Shown here piece after piece: positions 23,014-33,243 of a DNA stretch of 64,000 bases. Positions within the stretch are counted from its first letter, which is position 1; each line of letters opens with the position of its first letter. The stretch covers positions 787-64,786 of the forward strand of contig PLML01000004.1 of NCBI GenBank assembly GCA_003141525.1, given 5' to 3'. The translations under genes were made by a program, and so were the position numbers. Below the pieces are notes generated by a model, which saw nothing but the letters and a program-made list of their open reading frames with translations, made no database searches and was not told the DNA's origin. The stretch comes from Bacteroidales bacterium (lineage in GTDB: Bacteria; Bacteroidota; Bacteroidia; Bacteroidales; VadinHA17).

Positions 23014-24021
23014 TTGGAGATGAATATATACTTTGAAAGAGCCAAACATTCTTTAAAAGCATATGAATATTTTAACTTTGACAAATTGGATGCCTTTCAT
23101 AATCAAGATGTATTATCGGTTATCTTTGGTGATAATTGGTACTCTGTATTAATTACTGATGAGGAGAAAGCATTTTTCCATGTTTTCTCTAAAAACAAAA
23201 TCCCCAATTCTGATTATTTTGATATTGAACCTTTTTTAGGCTATGCAGGACCTGTTGTTAATAATGAAAATAGTGGATTTATTTGTACTGCCCTTCTAAA
23301 ATATTCTGAAATTTGTACAGAAGTTAAAATTATTGCAGAAATTATTAGATTTAATCCGCTTTTAAATAATCATGTCCTTTTCAACAACAGCATGATCAAA
23401 GTATTTCTTTCCAAAGAAATAGTCATTACATTTTGCAGAAAAGATAAGGAATTGCAATTAAGGGAATTTAGCAAATCAAGGAAGAGAGATATAAAAATTG
23501 CGGAAAAGAGTATGATTTTTAATCCTTCCGGGGACATTGAAGTTTTTAAAAAATTATATTTTAATTCAATTAACAAGCATAATGCTAAAAAAGAATGGTT
23601 TTTTAAGGAATCGCTTTTTGATAGAATAAAAATTTCTCCATACTTTAATATTCTTGAAGCAAAATCAGGTAAAGATGTGCTATCGTCTGCAATAATAATT
23701 GATCACCTTCTTGCCTCATACTACTTTTTAGCTGCAAACACTTATCCTCAGGTTACCGGAGCAAATGATTTCTTATTATTAAATGCTTGCCTTAGTTCTG
23801 CGAAGAAAGAAATTCCATATCTTATACTTGGTGGCGGAAACTCAGCTGCTGAGGATGATCCATTATTTATGTATAAGAAAAAATTTACCCAATTTTCAAC
23901 AGGTTTTTACATGGGAAAATTAATTCATGACGAGCTGGTGTACAAAAAAATGTGTTATCAGGCAATAAGTCATAACACTAAATTGGAAAGTATGAATTAC
24001 TTTTTAAAATATAGACTTTAA
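23014..24021 (+). CDS. FemAB-like/GNAT-fold acyltransferase (tentative)
   Basis: 335 aa. DIEPFLGYAGPVV and the overall length resemble FemAB-family/BioF2-like acetyltransferases found in EPS loci. Confidence 0.35.
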   Translation: MEMNIYFERAKHSLKAYEYFNFDKLDAFHNQDVLSVIFGDNWYSVLITDEEKAFFHVFSKNKIPNSDYFDIEPFLGYAGPVVNNENSGFICTALLKYSEICTEVKIIAEIIRFNPLLNNHVLFNNSMIKVFLSKEIVITFCRKDKELQLREFSKSRKRDIKIAEKSMIFNPSGDIEVFKKLYFNSINKHNAKKEWFFKESLFDRIKISPYFNILEAKSGKDVLSSAIIIDHLLASYYFLAANTYPQVTGANDFLLLNACLSSAKKEIPYLILGGGNSAAEDDPLFMYKKKFTQFSTGFYMGKLIHDELVYKKMCYQAISHNTKLESMNYFLKYRL

Positions 24022-24034
24022 TTGCAAATTTGAA

Positions 24035-24562
24035 ATGATTGAATCGCAAGAAGCAATAAAAATTTTATTTGATTGGCAAAACTTATCTTTCGAAGATCTA
24101 AAGAAGATTGTAATTGCAATGAATATTAAGAACATAAGGTGGTTAGCTATTCATCATCCTGATAATAGAACCAGAGAAAATCTTTATCGATTGAGTAATG
24201 TTAGTGTTGGCGCAAAAACTGTAATTAATATGGGATTATATATATATGATTCTTTTAAACCTTTAGTTACGATAGGCGCAAATTGTGCTTTAGCAGCAAA
24301 TATCTCTCTGATTCCTGAATCAGGACCAAACATGTCCGAATTATCTAATGTAAAGGAAATTGCTGAGCGTCTGATAGTAACAGCGCCAATTGTAATTGAA
24401 GATCATTCCTGGATTGGTTCAAATGTAATTGTCATGCCTGGTGTAACAATAGGTCATCATTCAATAATTGGTGCCGGGGCAATAATTACAAAAGACGTAA
24501 TACCATTTAGTATTATTAAAGGAAATATTAAGAATTTATCAAGAACAATAAGACTGGAATAA
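24035..24562 (+). CDS. hexapeptide-repeat O-acetyltransferase
   Basis: HSWIGSNVIVMPGVTIGHHSIIGAGAIITKDVIPFSI is a typical LbH acetyltransferase C-terminus. Confidence 0.75.
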   Translation: MIESQEAIKILFDWQNLSFEDLKKIVIAMNIKNIRWLAIHHPDNRTRENLYRLSNVSVGAKTVINMGLYIYDSFKPLVTIGANCALAANISLIPESGPNMSELSNVKEIAERLIVTAPIVIEDHSWIGSNVIVMPGVTIGHHSIIGAGAIITKDVIPFSIIKGNIKNLSRTIRLE

Positions 24563-25657
24563 ATGAATATAGGTGGTGAGCTGGAGCTAAACGCCAGGCA
24601 ATTAACATACACAGAATTTAATAAGTATAATTTTGATCAATTTCATACTTATTATTGTGGAAGGAGTTCGGTTAAGCATATCTTACAAACTATAAATAAG
24701 AAGAGTTTTTTATTGCCTGCCTTTTTGTGTGCCGCAGTGATACAGCCATTTAACGAATGTGGAGTTGATTGTTATTATTATGCCGTCAATGATGATCTGT
24801 CAATAAATATTCCTCATATAAAGCAAATTTTGGCAAAAGAAAAAATAGATGGCATATATATTATTAATTATTTTGGTTTTCCGCAGAAAGAAGATGTGCA
24901 ATTTTTTCTGAAGCAATTAAAGAGAAAGTATATTATCATAGAAGATTGCTCTCAAGGTTCTCTTATAGAAACAAAGCACCCACAAGTTGGAACTATAGGA
25001 CACTTTGTATTTACCAGCTTACGCAAGTATTTACCAGTACCGAGCGGGGCTTTGTTGAAAAATAACTCTACCTATACTTTAAGGCGTGATATTGCAGAGG
25101 ACAATAATTTTACAGAAAACCGCCTTCTGGCAAAACTATTAAGGAACTATTACGTAAAACAGTCTTCTCAGGAAAATACGGTTGAAACTGTTTATTTAGA
25201 TATCTTCAGGAATGAAGAATTGTCATTAGATAAGCATATTGAGATTGCAAAAATGGCTCTAATCTCAATGCAAATACTCAATAATCTTGATTTTTCAGAT
25301 ATAATTAATAGACGAAGAACTAATTTCAATCAATTGGCAACTTTTTTTAAGTTATATTTTGAGAATCATAATTGTGGGAGTATTATAATTGATTCATTAC
25401 CAGATAATATTTCACCACAATATTTTCTCATACGAATAAAGACAAATCGAAATTTGGTAAGAAAATCATTAGTTAGTGAAAATATATATTGCCCTATTCT
25501 TTGGCCCTATATCGTTGGAGATTCTAATTTGATTTATAAGGAAACCGTTGAACTCTCAAATGAAATATTGTGTATTCCAATCGATCAAAGGTACAGTCCT
25601 CAGGATATGGAATTTATAATTGGAAAAATTACAAATGTATTAAACCGTATATTATAA
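24563..25657 (+). CDS. DegT-like PLP-fold protein (divergent aminotransferase)
   Basis: LLPAFLCAAVIQPF, IIEDCSQGS and FTSLRKYLPVPSGA have the spacing of DegT-family motifs but are divergent. Confidence 0.4.
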   Translation: MNIGGELELNARQLTYTEFNKYNFDQFHTYYCGRSSVKHILQTINKKSFLLPAFLCAAVIQPFNECGVDCYYYAVNDDLSINIPHIKQILAKEKIDGIYIINYFGFPQKEDVQFFLKQLKRKYIIIEDCSQGSLIETKHPQVGTIGHFVFTSLRKYLPVPSGALLKNNSTYTLRRDIAEDNNFTENRLLAKLLRNYYVKQSSQENTVETVYLDIFRNEELSLDKHIEIAKMALISMQILNNLDFSDIINRRRTNFNQLATFFKLYFENHNCGSIIIDSLPDNISPQYFLIRIKTNRNLVRKSLVSENIYCPILWPYIVGDSNLIYKETVELSNEILCIPIDQRYSPQDMEFIIGKITNVLNRIL

Positions 25658-25808
25658 AAATAATCATTCCCGGAGGTCCTGGTTTTACTGGAAACATTCT
25701 AACCATTTGTTGAATCTGACAGTTGTAAAGTGAATTTGAATCAATAGAAAATGAGTTTTTTTAAGAACAACAATTGAATAATACCATTCAGTTTTCCCAT
25801 ATTAAATT

Positions 25809-26780
25809 ATGAATAGAGAAATTACATTGAGTTACGTTCTTACAACCCGTAATAAGCTTCCTTATTTAAAAGAAGTAATGAAGCGATTGCTTGAAAATGT
25901 TCAACCTGATGAAGAGATAGTTATTACTGATGGAGCAAGTACCGATGGAACCGTAGAGTATTTAACTGAACTTTATAAGCTAGGTAAAATACACCAGTTT
26001 ATTTCAGAACCAGATAAAGGAGAAGCTCATGGGTATAATAAAGGATTTTTGATGGCTAAGGGCGAATTAATAAAATTTTTAAGTGATGATGATGTTTATG
26101 ATTTTCAAGTAATAGCTAAATGTAAAGAATACATGATTTCGAATTTATCAATTGATTTAACATTTGCTAATATTTGTTGTTTGAACCATTCAATTGCAAG
26201 CAACAAATTATTATTGATTAAATCTTATGAAATTTGGTTTAAAGAATGGGTAGGTAAAAAAGTTGAAAATTGTTTCTTCTGCGGCTTGTCTATAATGATT
26301 AGAAAAAAATCATTACCCTTTTTAGGTCTTTTCGATACATCTTTTAAGCACATTGATTTTGAATACTCTGTCAGAGTTACATCAAAAAGGGCCAATATAG
26401 CGTTTTGCTCTCATATAATGGTATGCGCCATATTTAATGAAATGAGTATTTCAAAGAATTACGAATATATTCAAAAGAAAGAAATAGAAAGAGTTTCAGC
26501 TTATTATAATTACATTTATTTATTAGGGGGAAAACCAGTAATTACTGAAATTCAAAAGAATATTTTTTTTAGAATTTCAAAGAAATTAGGTCTTTTTCAT
26601 CCAATCCCCAGAATAGAATTTTATCCGAATTATAATTACGAATTATACGATAATATAATTTATACCGATTTAACCAGCTTATTTAATGAAATTCCCAAAT
26701 ATTTGTCTGATTATAATCGTTCCAATAAATTAGAATTCATTTCAAATATTAATATGAATAGTTTAAGTAAAATTCAATAA
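25809..26780 (+). CDS. GT2 family glycosyltransferase
   Basis: LSYVLTTRNKLPYL...VITDGASTDGT...LSDDDV is a GT-A fold with DxD. Confidence 0.75.
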   Translation: MNREITLSYVLTTRNKLPYLKEVMKRLLENVQPDEEIVITDGASTDGTVEYLTELYKLGKIHQFISEPDKGEAHGYNKGFLMAKGELIKFLSDDDVYDFQVIAKCKEYMISNLSIDLTFANICCLNHSIASNKLLLIKSYEIWFKEWVGKKVENCFFCGLSIMIRKKSLPFLGLFDTSFKHIDFEYSVRVTSKRANIAFCSHIMVCAIFNEMSISKNYEYIQKKEIERVSAYYNYIYLLGGKPVITEIQKNIFFRISKKLGLFHPIPRIEFYPNYNYELYDNIIYTDLTSLFNEIPKYLSDYNRSNKLEFISNINMNSLSKIQ

Positions 26781-26821
26781 CCATAGTAAAATGGTTTTAT
26801 ATATTTTCAACTGCAGATAAT

Positions 26822-27466
26822 ATGAACATCAGATTCTTCTTTCGAAAAGATAGAATAAAAAAAAAGTTTACAAATATTTTTTATAATAATTCTTTTAATG
26901 GAACGGCTTCTGTTTCAGGTTCGGGTTCTGACTTAACTCAAACACAGACAATCAGAATAGAAATACCCAAATTATTAAAAAAACATAATGTAAATACATT
27001 TATTGATGCTCCATGCGGCGATTTTTATTGGATGCAACATATTGAACTAGATGGAATAAAATATATCGGAATAGATATAGTCAAAAAAATTATTAAGAAT
27101 AATAATAAGAAATACAAAAACACTCAAAAGAAATTTCTTTGCAAAAATATCATTTCTGACAAGTTGCCAAAAGCGGAATTAATTCTAATTAGAGATTGTT
27201 GGGTGCATTTAAGTTATGCAGATATTTTTTCATGTATTGATAATTTAAAGAAAAATAAAATTCAATACTTGCTCACCACATCTTTTATAAATTTAAATCT
27301 GAATAAAGAACTTGATGGCATTTGGAGACCTTTGAATTTAGAAATAGAGCCTTTTAATTTCCCCCAACCCATTCAAATATTAAATGAAAACTGCACTGAG
27401 GACAACGGAAATTACTCCGACAAAAGTTTACTCATTTGGGAAATTAGTAATTTACCTAAGCTTTAG
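26822..27466 (+). CDS. SAM-dependent methyltransferase
   Basis: FIDAPCGDFYWM and LILIRDCWVHL resemble class I MTase motifs I and post-II. Confidence 0.55.
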   Translation: MNIRFFFRKDRIKKKFTNIFYNNSFNGTASVSGSGSDLTQTQTIRIEIPKLLKKHNVNTFIDAPCGDFYWMQHIELDGIKYIGIDIVKKIIKNNNKKYKNTQKKFLCKNIISDKLPKAELILIRDCWVHLSYADIFSCIDNLKKNKIQYLLTTSFINLNLNKELDGIWRPLNLEIEPFNFPQPIQILNENCTEDNGNYSDKSLLIWEISNLPKL

Positions 27467-27561
27467 ATTTGAGTTTGAGCAAACTGGTCTTGTTTAAGGA
27501 AATAAAAAACGGTTAAACCAACAATAAGAAAAAATTATTATCAGAAAATCAATGATATTAA

Positions 27562-28779
27562 ATGAATATTTTAAATATCAGTAGTTACGAGCTTTCAGGA
27601 AGCAGGTTTAATGGATTTATAAATCATTTGAATTTTATAAAGGAAGGATATAATTCAAAGTATCTGGTTTGGACTAAAGAAGGCAATGATACTAATACTG
27701 AGATTTTATTTAAAAATAAATATAGAACACAAATTCAAAGAAAAGTCCAGAAATTAGAATATAAATATTCCGTTCATTCAGTTTTTTATCCATTTGCGTT
27801 TGTTTTGCCATTTTTAAGAATTTTTAGAAATGCAAATGTTGTTCATTATCATCTAATCCATAATTACTTTTTTAGTTTGCTTGCCTTTCCTCTTCTGACA
27901 TGGTTAAAACCGACTCTGTGGACATTACATGATCCATGGGCATTAACAGGCCATTGTATTCATCCGGGAGATTGTAAAAAATGGACAAAAATATGTGAAA
28001 ATTGCCCAAAGTTGAATATTTTATTTCCTATGAAAAAGGATAATACAAAAAGGATTTGGAAATTTAAAAGAATAATCTATAAATTATCAAAATTCGAAAT
28101 AATTGTTGCTTCAAAATGGATGTTAGAAAATGTAAAGGCATCACCTTTATTTAAAAAAAAAATTATACATTATATCCCTTTTGGAATAGATTTTAATACA
28201 TTCTACCCTATCGAAGCAACTGTGGCAAAATTAAAATTAGGAATAAATGAAGATTTTACAATATTATTCAGAGCTACAAATAGTGAATTTAAAGGGTTTA
28301 GTTATGTACGAGAATTTTTAATTAGATATTCTAAAAATAATAAACATAAAATCAATATTCTGACAGTTGAACAAACAGGGTTGTTAGACGACTTAAAAGA
28401 ACATTTTAATATTAAAGAATTTGGTTGGGTTAATGACCAAAAAATGATGAATTTAATTTATAATGCAACCGACGTTTTCTTAATGCCTTCTATAGCAGAA
28501 GCATTTGGTCTGATGGCTGTGGAAGCAATGTCTTGCGCTAAAACAGTTGTAGTTTTTAAAGGTACTGCGTTGACTGAAACTATAGAAGCACCGGAGGGAG
28601 GAATAGCAATTGATATGTCAAGCGATGCTATTTATGAGAAAATGATTTTTTTGATGGAAAATGAATCATATAGAAACAATATTGGAAGAAAAGCATTTGA
28701 TATAGCTCAAAAAAACTATAACTATGATACTCATTATAAGAATATTAAAGATTTGTATAATAAAATTTCAATAAAATAA
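27562..28779 (+). CDS. GT4 (GT-B fold) glycosyltransferase
   Basis: FLMPSIAEAFGLMAVEAMSCAKTVVV is the EX7E region. Confidence 0.75.
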   Translation: MNILNISSYELSGSRFNGFINHLNFIKEGYNSKYLVWTKEGNDTNTEILFKNKYRTQIQRKVQKLEYKYSVHSVFYPFAFVLPFLRIFRNANVVHYHLIHNYFFSLLAFPLLTWLKPTLWTLHDPWALTGHCIHPGDCKKWTKICENCPKLNILFPMKKDNTKRIWKFKRIIYKLSKFEIIVASKWMLENVKASPLFKKKIIHYIPFGIDFNTFYPIEATVAKLKLGINEDFTILFRATNSEFKGFSYVREFLIRYSKNNKHKINILTVEQTGLLDDLKEHFNIKEFGWVNDQKMMNLIYNATDVFLMPSIAEAFGLMAVEAMSCAKTVVVFKGTALTETIEAPEGGIAIDMSSDAIYEKMIFLMENESYRNNIGRKAFDIAQKNYNYDTHYKNIKDLYNKISIK

Positions 28780-28826
28780 ATAACAGCGTTTATTTTTTTA
28801 ACTCATTCTTTTTGAAACGCAATAAA

Positions 28827-28955
28827 ATGTATTATAAAATATTAATTCTTGGAATCTCCGGAATGCTTGGTCATGTTTTATATGCAGAATTTTTAAAAAA
28901 TTCTATGGAGAAAATGCTACCATATATTCATACTCAAACCAGGCGGAATAAATGA
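28827..28955 (+). pseudogene. N-terminal remnant of an RmlD-like/SDR sugar reductase
   Basis: My own translation is MYYKILILGISGMLGHVLYAEFLKN...*, 42 codons. A Rossmann GxxGxxG start is followed by a stop that overlaps the next gene's ATG. Confidence 0.5.
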
Positions 28956-29893
28956 AAAACAAAAAAGTATTAGTTACAGGGGGGGCAGGATTTATTGGGT
29001 CAAATCTTGTTAAGCGTTTAATTGAGGACGGAAATTCAGTAACAGTCTTAGATAATTTTATATCAGGGTATCGTAGTAATCTTGAGCCATTTTCTTCTAT
29101 ACATATTATAGAAGGCGATATTAGAGATATAAGTTCAGTAGAGGAGGCTATGCATGGTGTAGAAGTCGTATTCCATCTGGCAGCTTCGGTTGGGAACAAA
29201 CGGTCTATTGATCATCCATTAATCGATGCTGAGATTAATGTGTTAGGTACTTTACAGATGTTGGAAGCGGCTCGAAAAGAAGGGGTACAGAAAATTGTAA
29301 CTTCATCTTCAGCAGGTATTTTTGGGGAGGTACTGACTATGCCAATAAAAGAAGACCACCCGTTTGAACCAGATTCCCCTTATGGTTGTACAAAATTGTG
29401 TCAGGAGAAACTATGTTTAGTTTATGCAAAACTGTATGCTATTGAAACGGTATGTCTTAGATATTTTAACGTATACGGGCCGAATCAGCGTTTTGATACT
29501 TATGGGAATGTTATTCCGATTTTTGTATTTCGTATGCTTCGTAATGAATCTCTCCAAATCTATGGTGATGGAGAACAAACGCGAGATTTTGTCCATGTAG
29601 ATGATGTAGTTCAAGCCAATATTAAAGCTGCAGATACAGTTGGTGTAAGTGGAGCCTTTAATATAGCCAGTGGCAAGAGTATTACCATTAACAATCTGGT
29701 TAAGATAATAACTAAAGGGAATAATACAGCCAGGACCGAATTTTGCCCAGAAAGACCTGGTGATGTCCGGCACAGTTTAGCAGATCTTTCATTAGCACAT
29801 CAAAAAATCGATTATACACCAACTGTTGAATTAGAACGAGGCATATATGAATATATAAAATGGGCCAAAGGTATAATGGTCGAAATCAAATAA
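28952..29893 (+). CDS. NAD-dependent UDP-sugar 4-epimerase (WbpP/TviC-like)
   Basis: VLVTGGAGFIGSNL, YGCTKLCQE (YxxxK), TRDFVHVDDVVQAN and PGDVRHSLADLS. Confidence 0.8.
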   Translation: MKNKKVLVTGGAGFIGSNLVKRLIEDGNSVTVLDNFISGYRSNLEPFSSIHIIEGDIRDISSVEEAMHGVEVVFHLAASVGNKRSIDHPLIDAEINVLGTLQMLEAARKEGVQKIVTSSSAGIFGEVLTMPIKEDHPFEPDSPYGCTKLCQEKLCLVYAKLYAIETVCLRYFNVYGPNQRFDTYGNVIPIFVFRMLRNESLQIYGDGEQTRDFVHVDDVVQANIKAADTVGVSGAFNIASGKSITINNLVKIITKGNNTARTEFCPERPGDVRHSLADLSLAHQKIDYTPTVELERGIYEYIKWAKGIMVEIK

Positions 29894-29968
29894 CTTGCTG
29901 GGAATTCTGAAGATGAATAGTATCATTTCGAGTATTTAAAAAAGTTGGATTAAGAAAACAAAATCAAA

Positions 29969-30847
29969 ATGGCATTTAATCCAAAAGTATCAATTATTAT
30001 ACCAGTATATAATGGTTCTGATTATTTAAAAGAAGCTATTGAGAGTGCCATAACTCAAACATATAAAAATATTGAGGTTCTGGTAATTAATGATGGCTCA
30101 ACTGATAATGGCGAAACCGAAAAAATTGCCATGACTTATGGAGATAAAATAAAATATTATAAAAAAACTAATGGCGGCGTTGCATCAGCTTTGAATTTTG
30201 GCATTGAAAAAATGCAAGGAGAATATTTTTCATGGCTGAGTCATGATGATATTTATTATCCTGAAAAAATTGAAACCCAAATTAATTTCTTAGATACAAG
30301 GAAAATAAAAGAGATATTTCTATTTAGTGATTTTGAGTTTATTGATAAAGATTCCAATCATTTAAGTTTCTATCAGGTAAAAGAAATTTATTCTAGGAAT
30401 TCAGGCTTAGCAATATTATTCAATCAAATCAATGGATGTACTACATTAATTCATAAAAACATTCTGCAAAAAATATCCAATTTTCCGGAAAGTTTTAAAA
30501 CGACTCAGGATTATCACGCATGGGTAGAGATTTTTAAAAATAGATTCTTAATGGTACATACTCCTAAAGTTCTCATAAAATCTAGATTACACGAGAATCA
30601 GGGGACCAAAAAGATGATTGGTATTTGTTTAGAAGAAATATTTTTTTTGGAGAAAACAATTATTGAAAATATACCTAAATTTTATCCATTTCATTTATGC
30701 TTAATTTTAGGTTATTATTTTAAAAGAAATATTGATCTTTATCAATTTCTATTGGATCATTTAACTAATAATGCAAACATTATATTTAAGGTATATATAG
30801 TATTTCTTTCAAGATTGATTCTACTCAAAAGTCCTAGAACGAAATGA
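29969..30847 (+). CDS. GT2 family glycosyltransferase
   Basis: VSIIIPVYNGSDYLKEAIESAITQTYKNIEVLVINDGSTD and SHDDIY. Confidence 0.8.
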   Translation: MAFNPKVSIIIPVYNGSDYLKEAIESAITQTYKNIEVLVINDGSTDNGETEKIAMTYGDKIKYYKKTNGGVASALNFGIEKMQGEYFSWLSHDDIYYPEKIETQINFLDTRKIKEIFLFSDFEFIDKDSNHLSFYQVKEIYSRNSGLAILFNQINGCTTLIHKNILQKISNFPESFKTTQDYHAWVEIFKNRFLMVHTPKVLIKSRLHENQGTKKMIGICLEEIFFLEKTIIENIPKFYPFHLCLILGYYFKRNIDLYQFLLDHLTNNANIIFKVYIVFLSRLILLKSPRTK

Positions 30848-32052
30848 AAAGAATTCTATATATCCCATCATGGTATCCTACGCCGGAAAATAAAATGAAA
30901 GGAAGTTTTTTCAGGGAGCAGGCACTTTTATTTAAGAATCATTTTGATTTTTTTACCCTAACAATTGCCCCTTTGAAGGTGGGAGTTTTTAAATTTTTAT
31001 ATTACTATTTTAGAAGGGAATTTAAATATTTTGACATTCAAGTTCCACCAGATGGTTTAGGTGTTTTTTATTTGCAAATAAAATACCCTAGTTTTTTATC
31101 AATAATAGAACCGGTTTCAAAATTTATAGAAAAAATAAATTATAAAATAATGTGTAAATATTCTTATCTTTCTTTAACGAAAGAAATTGATAAGTTAAAT
31201 TGGAAACCAAACTTAATACATGCGCAATCTGTTGAAGATGGCGGAATATTAGCAAACTATTTATCTCATAAATTTGAAGTTCCCTATATTATTACTGAGC
31301 ATCAGGTATTCCTTTTACAAAAATTTTCAGATTTTAAGATCAAATTAATTTTTAGTTCGTTTGTTAATGCAAAAAAGGTCCTAGCTGTAAGCGAGCATCA
31401 AAAACGACAAATATTAATGAATGGGATAAATTGTACCCCTCTTGTAGTTGGAAATTGTATTGATGAGAGTGTATTTTTTATAAATAAAGGGGAAAAAGAT
31501 GTCTTTAATATCTTGGTAGTGACTTATCCTTCATACATTAAAGACAACGAAACTCTCTTTAACGCGATTAAGGTGTTAAAATTACAAGGAATAACTGATT
31601 TTAAAGTACTTATCATAGGAGGGGATTTTGATAATTTGTATTTGACAGACAAAAATAATCCTTTATTTAAACAGGCAGAAAGTTTTGGAATTTTAGAATA
31701 TTTAGAATTTTTAAATTACGTGAACAGGGAAGAAATGCCAGGATATTATAATAAAAGCGATGTATTTGTTTCAACAAGTATTGCTGAAACTTTTGGAGTA
31801 GCTCAGTGTGAAGCAATGATGTGTGGAGTTCCTGTAATAGCTACTGCAAATGGTGGTATAGATGATATGATAAGCGAAAAAAACGGTATTAAAATACCAA
31901 TACAGGATTATAAAGCACTGGCTAAAGCTATTTTACAGATTAAGAATAAAGAAGTTCAATTTAAACCTGACGAAATCAGAAATTCTGTTATTGGTAAATT
32001 TGGCAAAGACGCTTTTAAAAATAAATTATTAGAGGTTTATAGCAAGTTTTAA
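30844..32052 (+). CDS. GT4 glycosyltransferase
   Basis: FVSTSIAETFGVAQCEAMMCGVPVIATANGG. Confidence 0.75.
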   Translation: MKRILYIPSWYPTPENKMKGSFFREQALLFKNHFDFFTLTIAPLKVGVFKFLYYYFRREFKYFDIQVPPDGLGVFYLQIKYPSFLSIIEPVSKFIEKINYKIMCKYSYLSLTKEIDKLNWKPNLIHAQSVEDGGILANYLSHKFEVPYIITEHQVFLLQKFSDFKIKLIFSSFVNAKKVLAVSEHQKRQILMNGINCTPLVVGNCIDESVFFINKGEKDVFNILVVTYPSYIKDNETLFNAIKVLKLQGITDFKVLIIGGDFDNLYLTDKNNPLFKQAESFGILEYLEFLNYVNREEMPGYYNKSDVFVSTSIAETFGVAQCEAMMCGVPVIATANGGIDDMISEKNGIKIPIQDYKALAKAILQIKNKEVQFKPDEIRNSVIGKFGKDAFKNKLLEVYSKF

Positions 32053-33158
32053 TGGGAAATAAAATTTTCGTAACACAGCCATTTCTTCCTCCATTAGAAG
32101 AATTTAACGAATATCTTAAAAAAATATGGAAAAGTAAATGGCTGACTAATAACGGACCGTTTCACATGGAATTGGAACAAATGCTTTGTGAGTACATGGG
32201 GGTGAAACATATTTCACTTTTCTCCAATGGAACACTGGCATTAATAACCGCAATTCAGGCAATGAAAATTTCTGGTGAAGTTATTACAACACCTTACAGC
32301 TTTGTAGCAACAACCCACGCTCTTTGGTGGAACAATATAAAGCCGGTGTTCGCAGATATTGACCCTGTAACTTTTAACCTCGATCCGGATAAAGTTGAAG
32401 CTGCAATAACTCCAAAAACCACTGCTATTCTTCCTGTACATGTTTATGGAAATCCCTGTAATGTGATTAAACTTCAGAAAATAGCAGACCGTTACGGACT
32501 AAAACTGATTTATGATGCTGCTCATTCCTTTGGCGTGAAGATAAAAGGAACATCATTGGCTACTTATGGTGATCTGGCGATACTTAGTTTTCATGCGACC
32601 AAGGTTTTTAACACATTTGAAGGAGGAGCGATAATTTGCCATGATGAAATAACCAAACAACATATTGATCAGTTAAAAAATTTTGGCATCATAAATGAAA
32701 CCACTGTTCTTACTCCTGGGATAAATGCAAAAATGAATGAATTTCAGTCTGCCCTGGGAATACTGCAATTGAAATATTTAGATGAGGCAATTGGGAAAAG
32801 AAAGTTCATAACAGAAAGATACAGGGAATTATTAGAAGAGATACCTGGATTAACAATCATGAAGGACGTTCCTGGTGTTGAATATAATTTTGCCTATTTC
32901 CCTATTTTGATAGATTATGTTAAATTCGAAAGGACAAGAGATGAGGTTTATAATAAATTAAAAAGTCATAATATTTTTAGTCGAAGATATTTCTATCCGT
33001 TAATTAGCCAGTTTCCTACATATAAAGGGTTGCCATCTGCTGATCCGGCAAATTTGCCAATTGCTGAAAAAATAACTCAACAAATTCTTTGTCTGCCAAT
33101 TTATCCCGATTTAGAAATTAACAATGTTGAAAGAGTTTGCGATCTGGTTATTGGATAA
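32052..33158 (+). CDS. DegT/DnrJ/EryC1/StrS-family sugar aminotransferase
   Basis: EVITTPYSFVATTHAL, IYDAAHSFG and LSFHATKVFNTFEGG. Confidence 0.85.
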   Translation: MGNKIFVTQPFLPPLEEFNEYLKKIWKSKWLTNNGPFHMELEQMLCEYMGVKHISLFSNGTLALITAIQAMKISGEVITTPYSFVATTHALWWNNIKPVFADIDPVTFNLDPDKVEAAITPKTTAILPVHVYGNPCNVIKLQKIADRYGLKLIYDAAHSFGVKIKGTSLATYGDLAILSFHATKVFNTFEGGAIICHDEITKQHIDQLKNFGIINETTVLTPGINAKMNEFQSALGILQLKYLDEAIGKRKFITERYRELLEEIPGLTIMKDVPGVEYNFAYFPILIDYVKFERTRDEVYNKLKSHNIFSRRYFYPLISQFPTYKGLPSADPANLPIAEKITQQILCLPIYPDLEINNVERVCDLVIG

Positions 33159-33243
33159 AGTATTGAATGTAAAATATCCTTCTTTATATCTATAAATTAC
33201 GATTTTCATAGAGCAATATCCTTGAACTTTATTATAACTCCTT

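Noticed and set aside
26303-26309. A7 tract in the intact GT2 copy as a phase-variation switch
   Set aside because: The tract is short, and the frameshift in the paralog maps about 20 nt downstream of the equivalent position, not at a homopolymer. There is no evidence for slippage.
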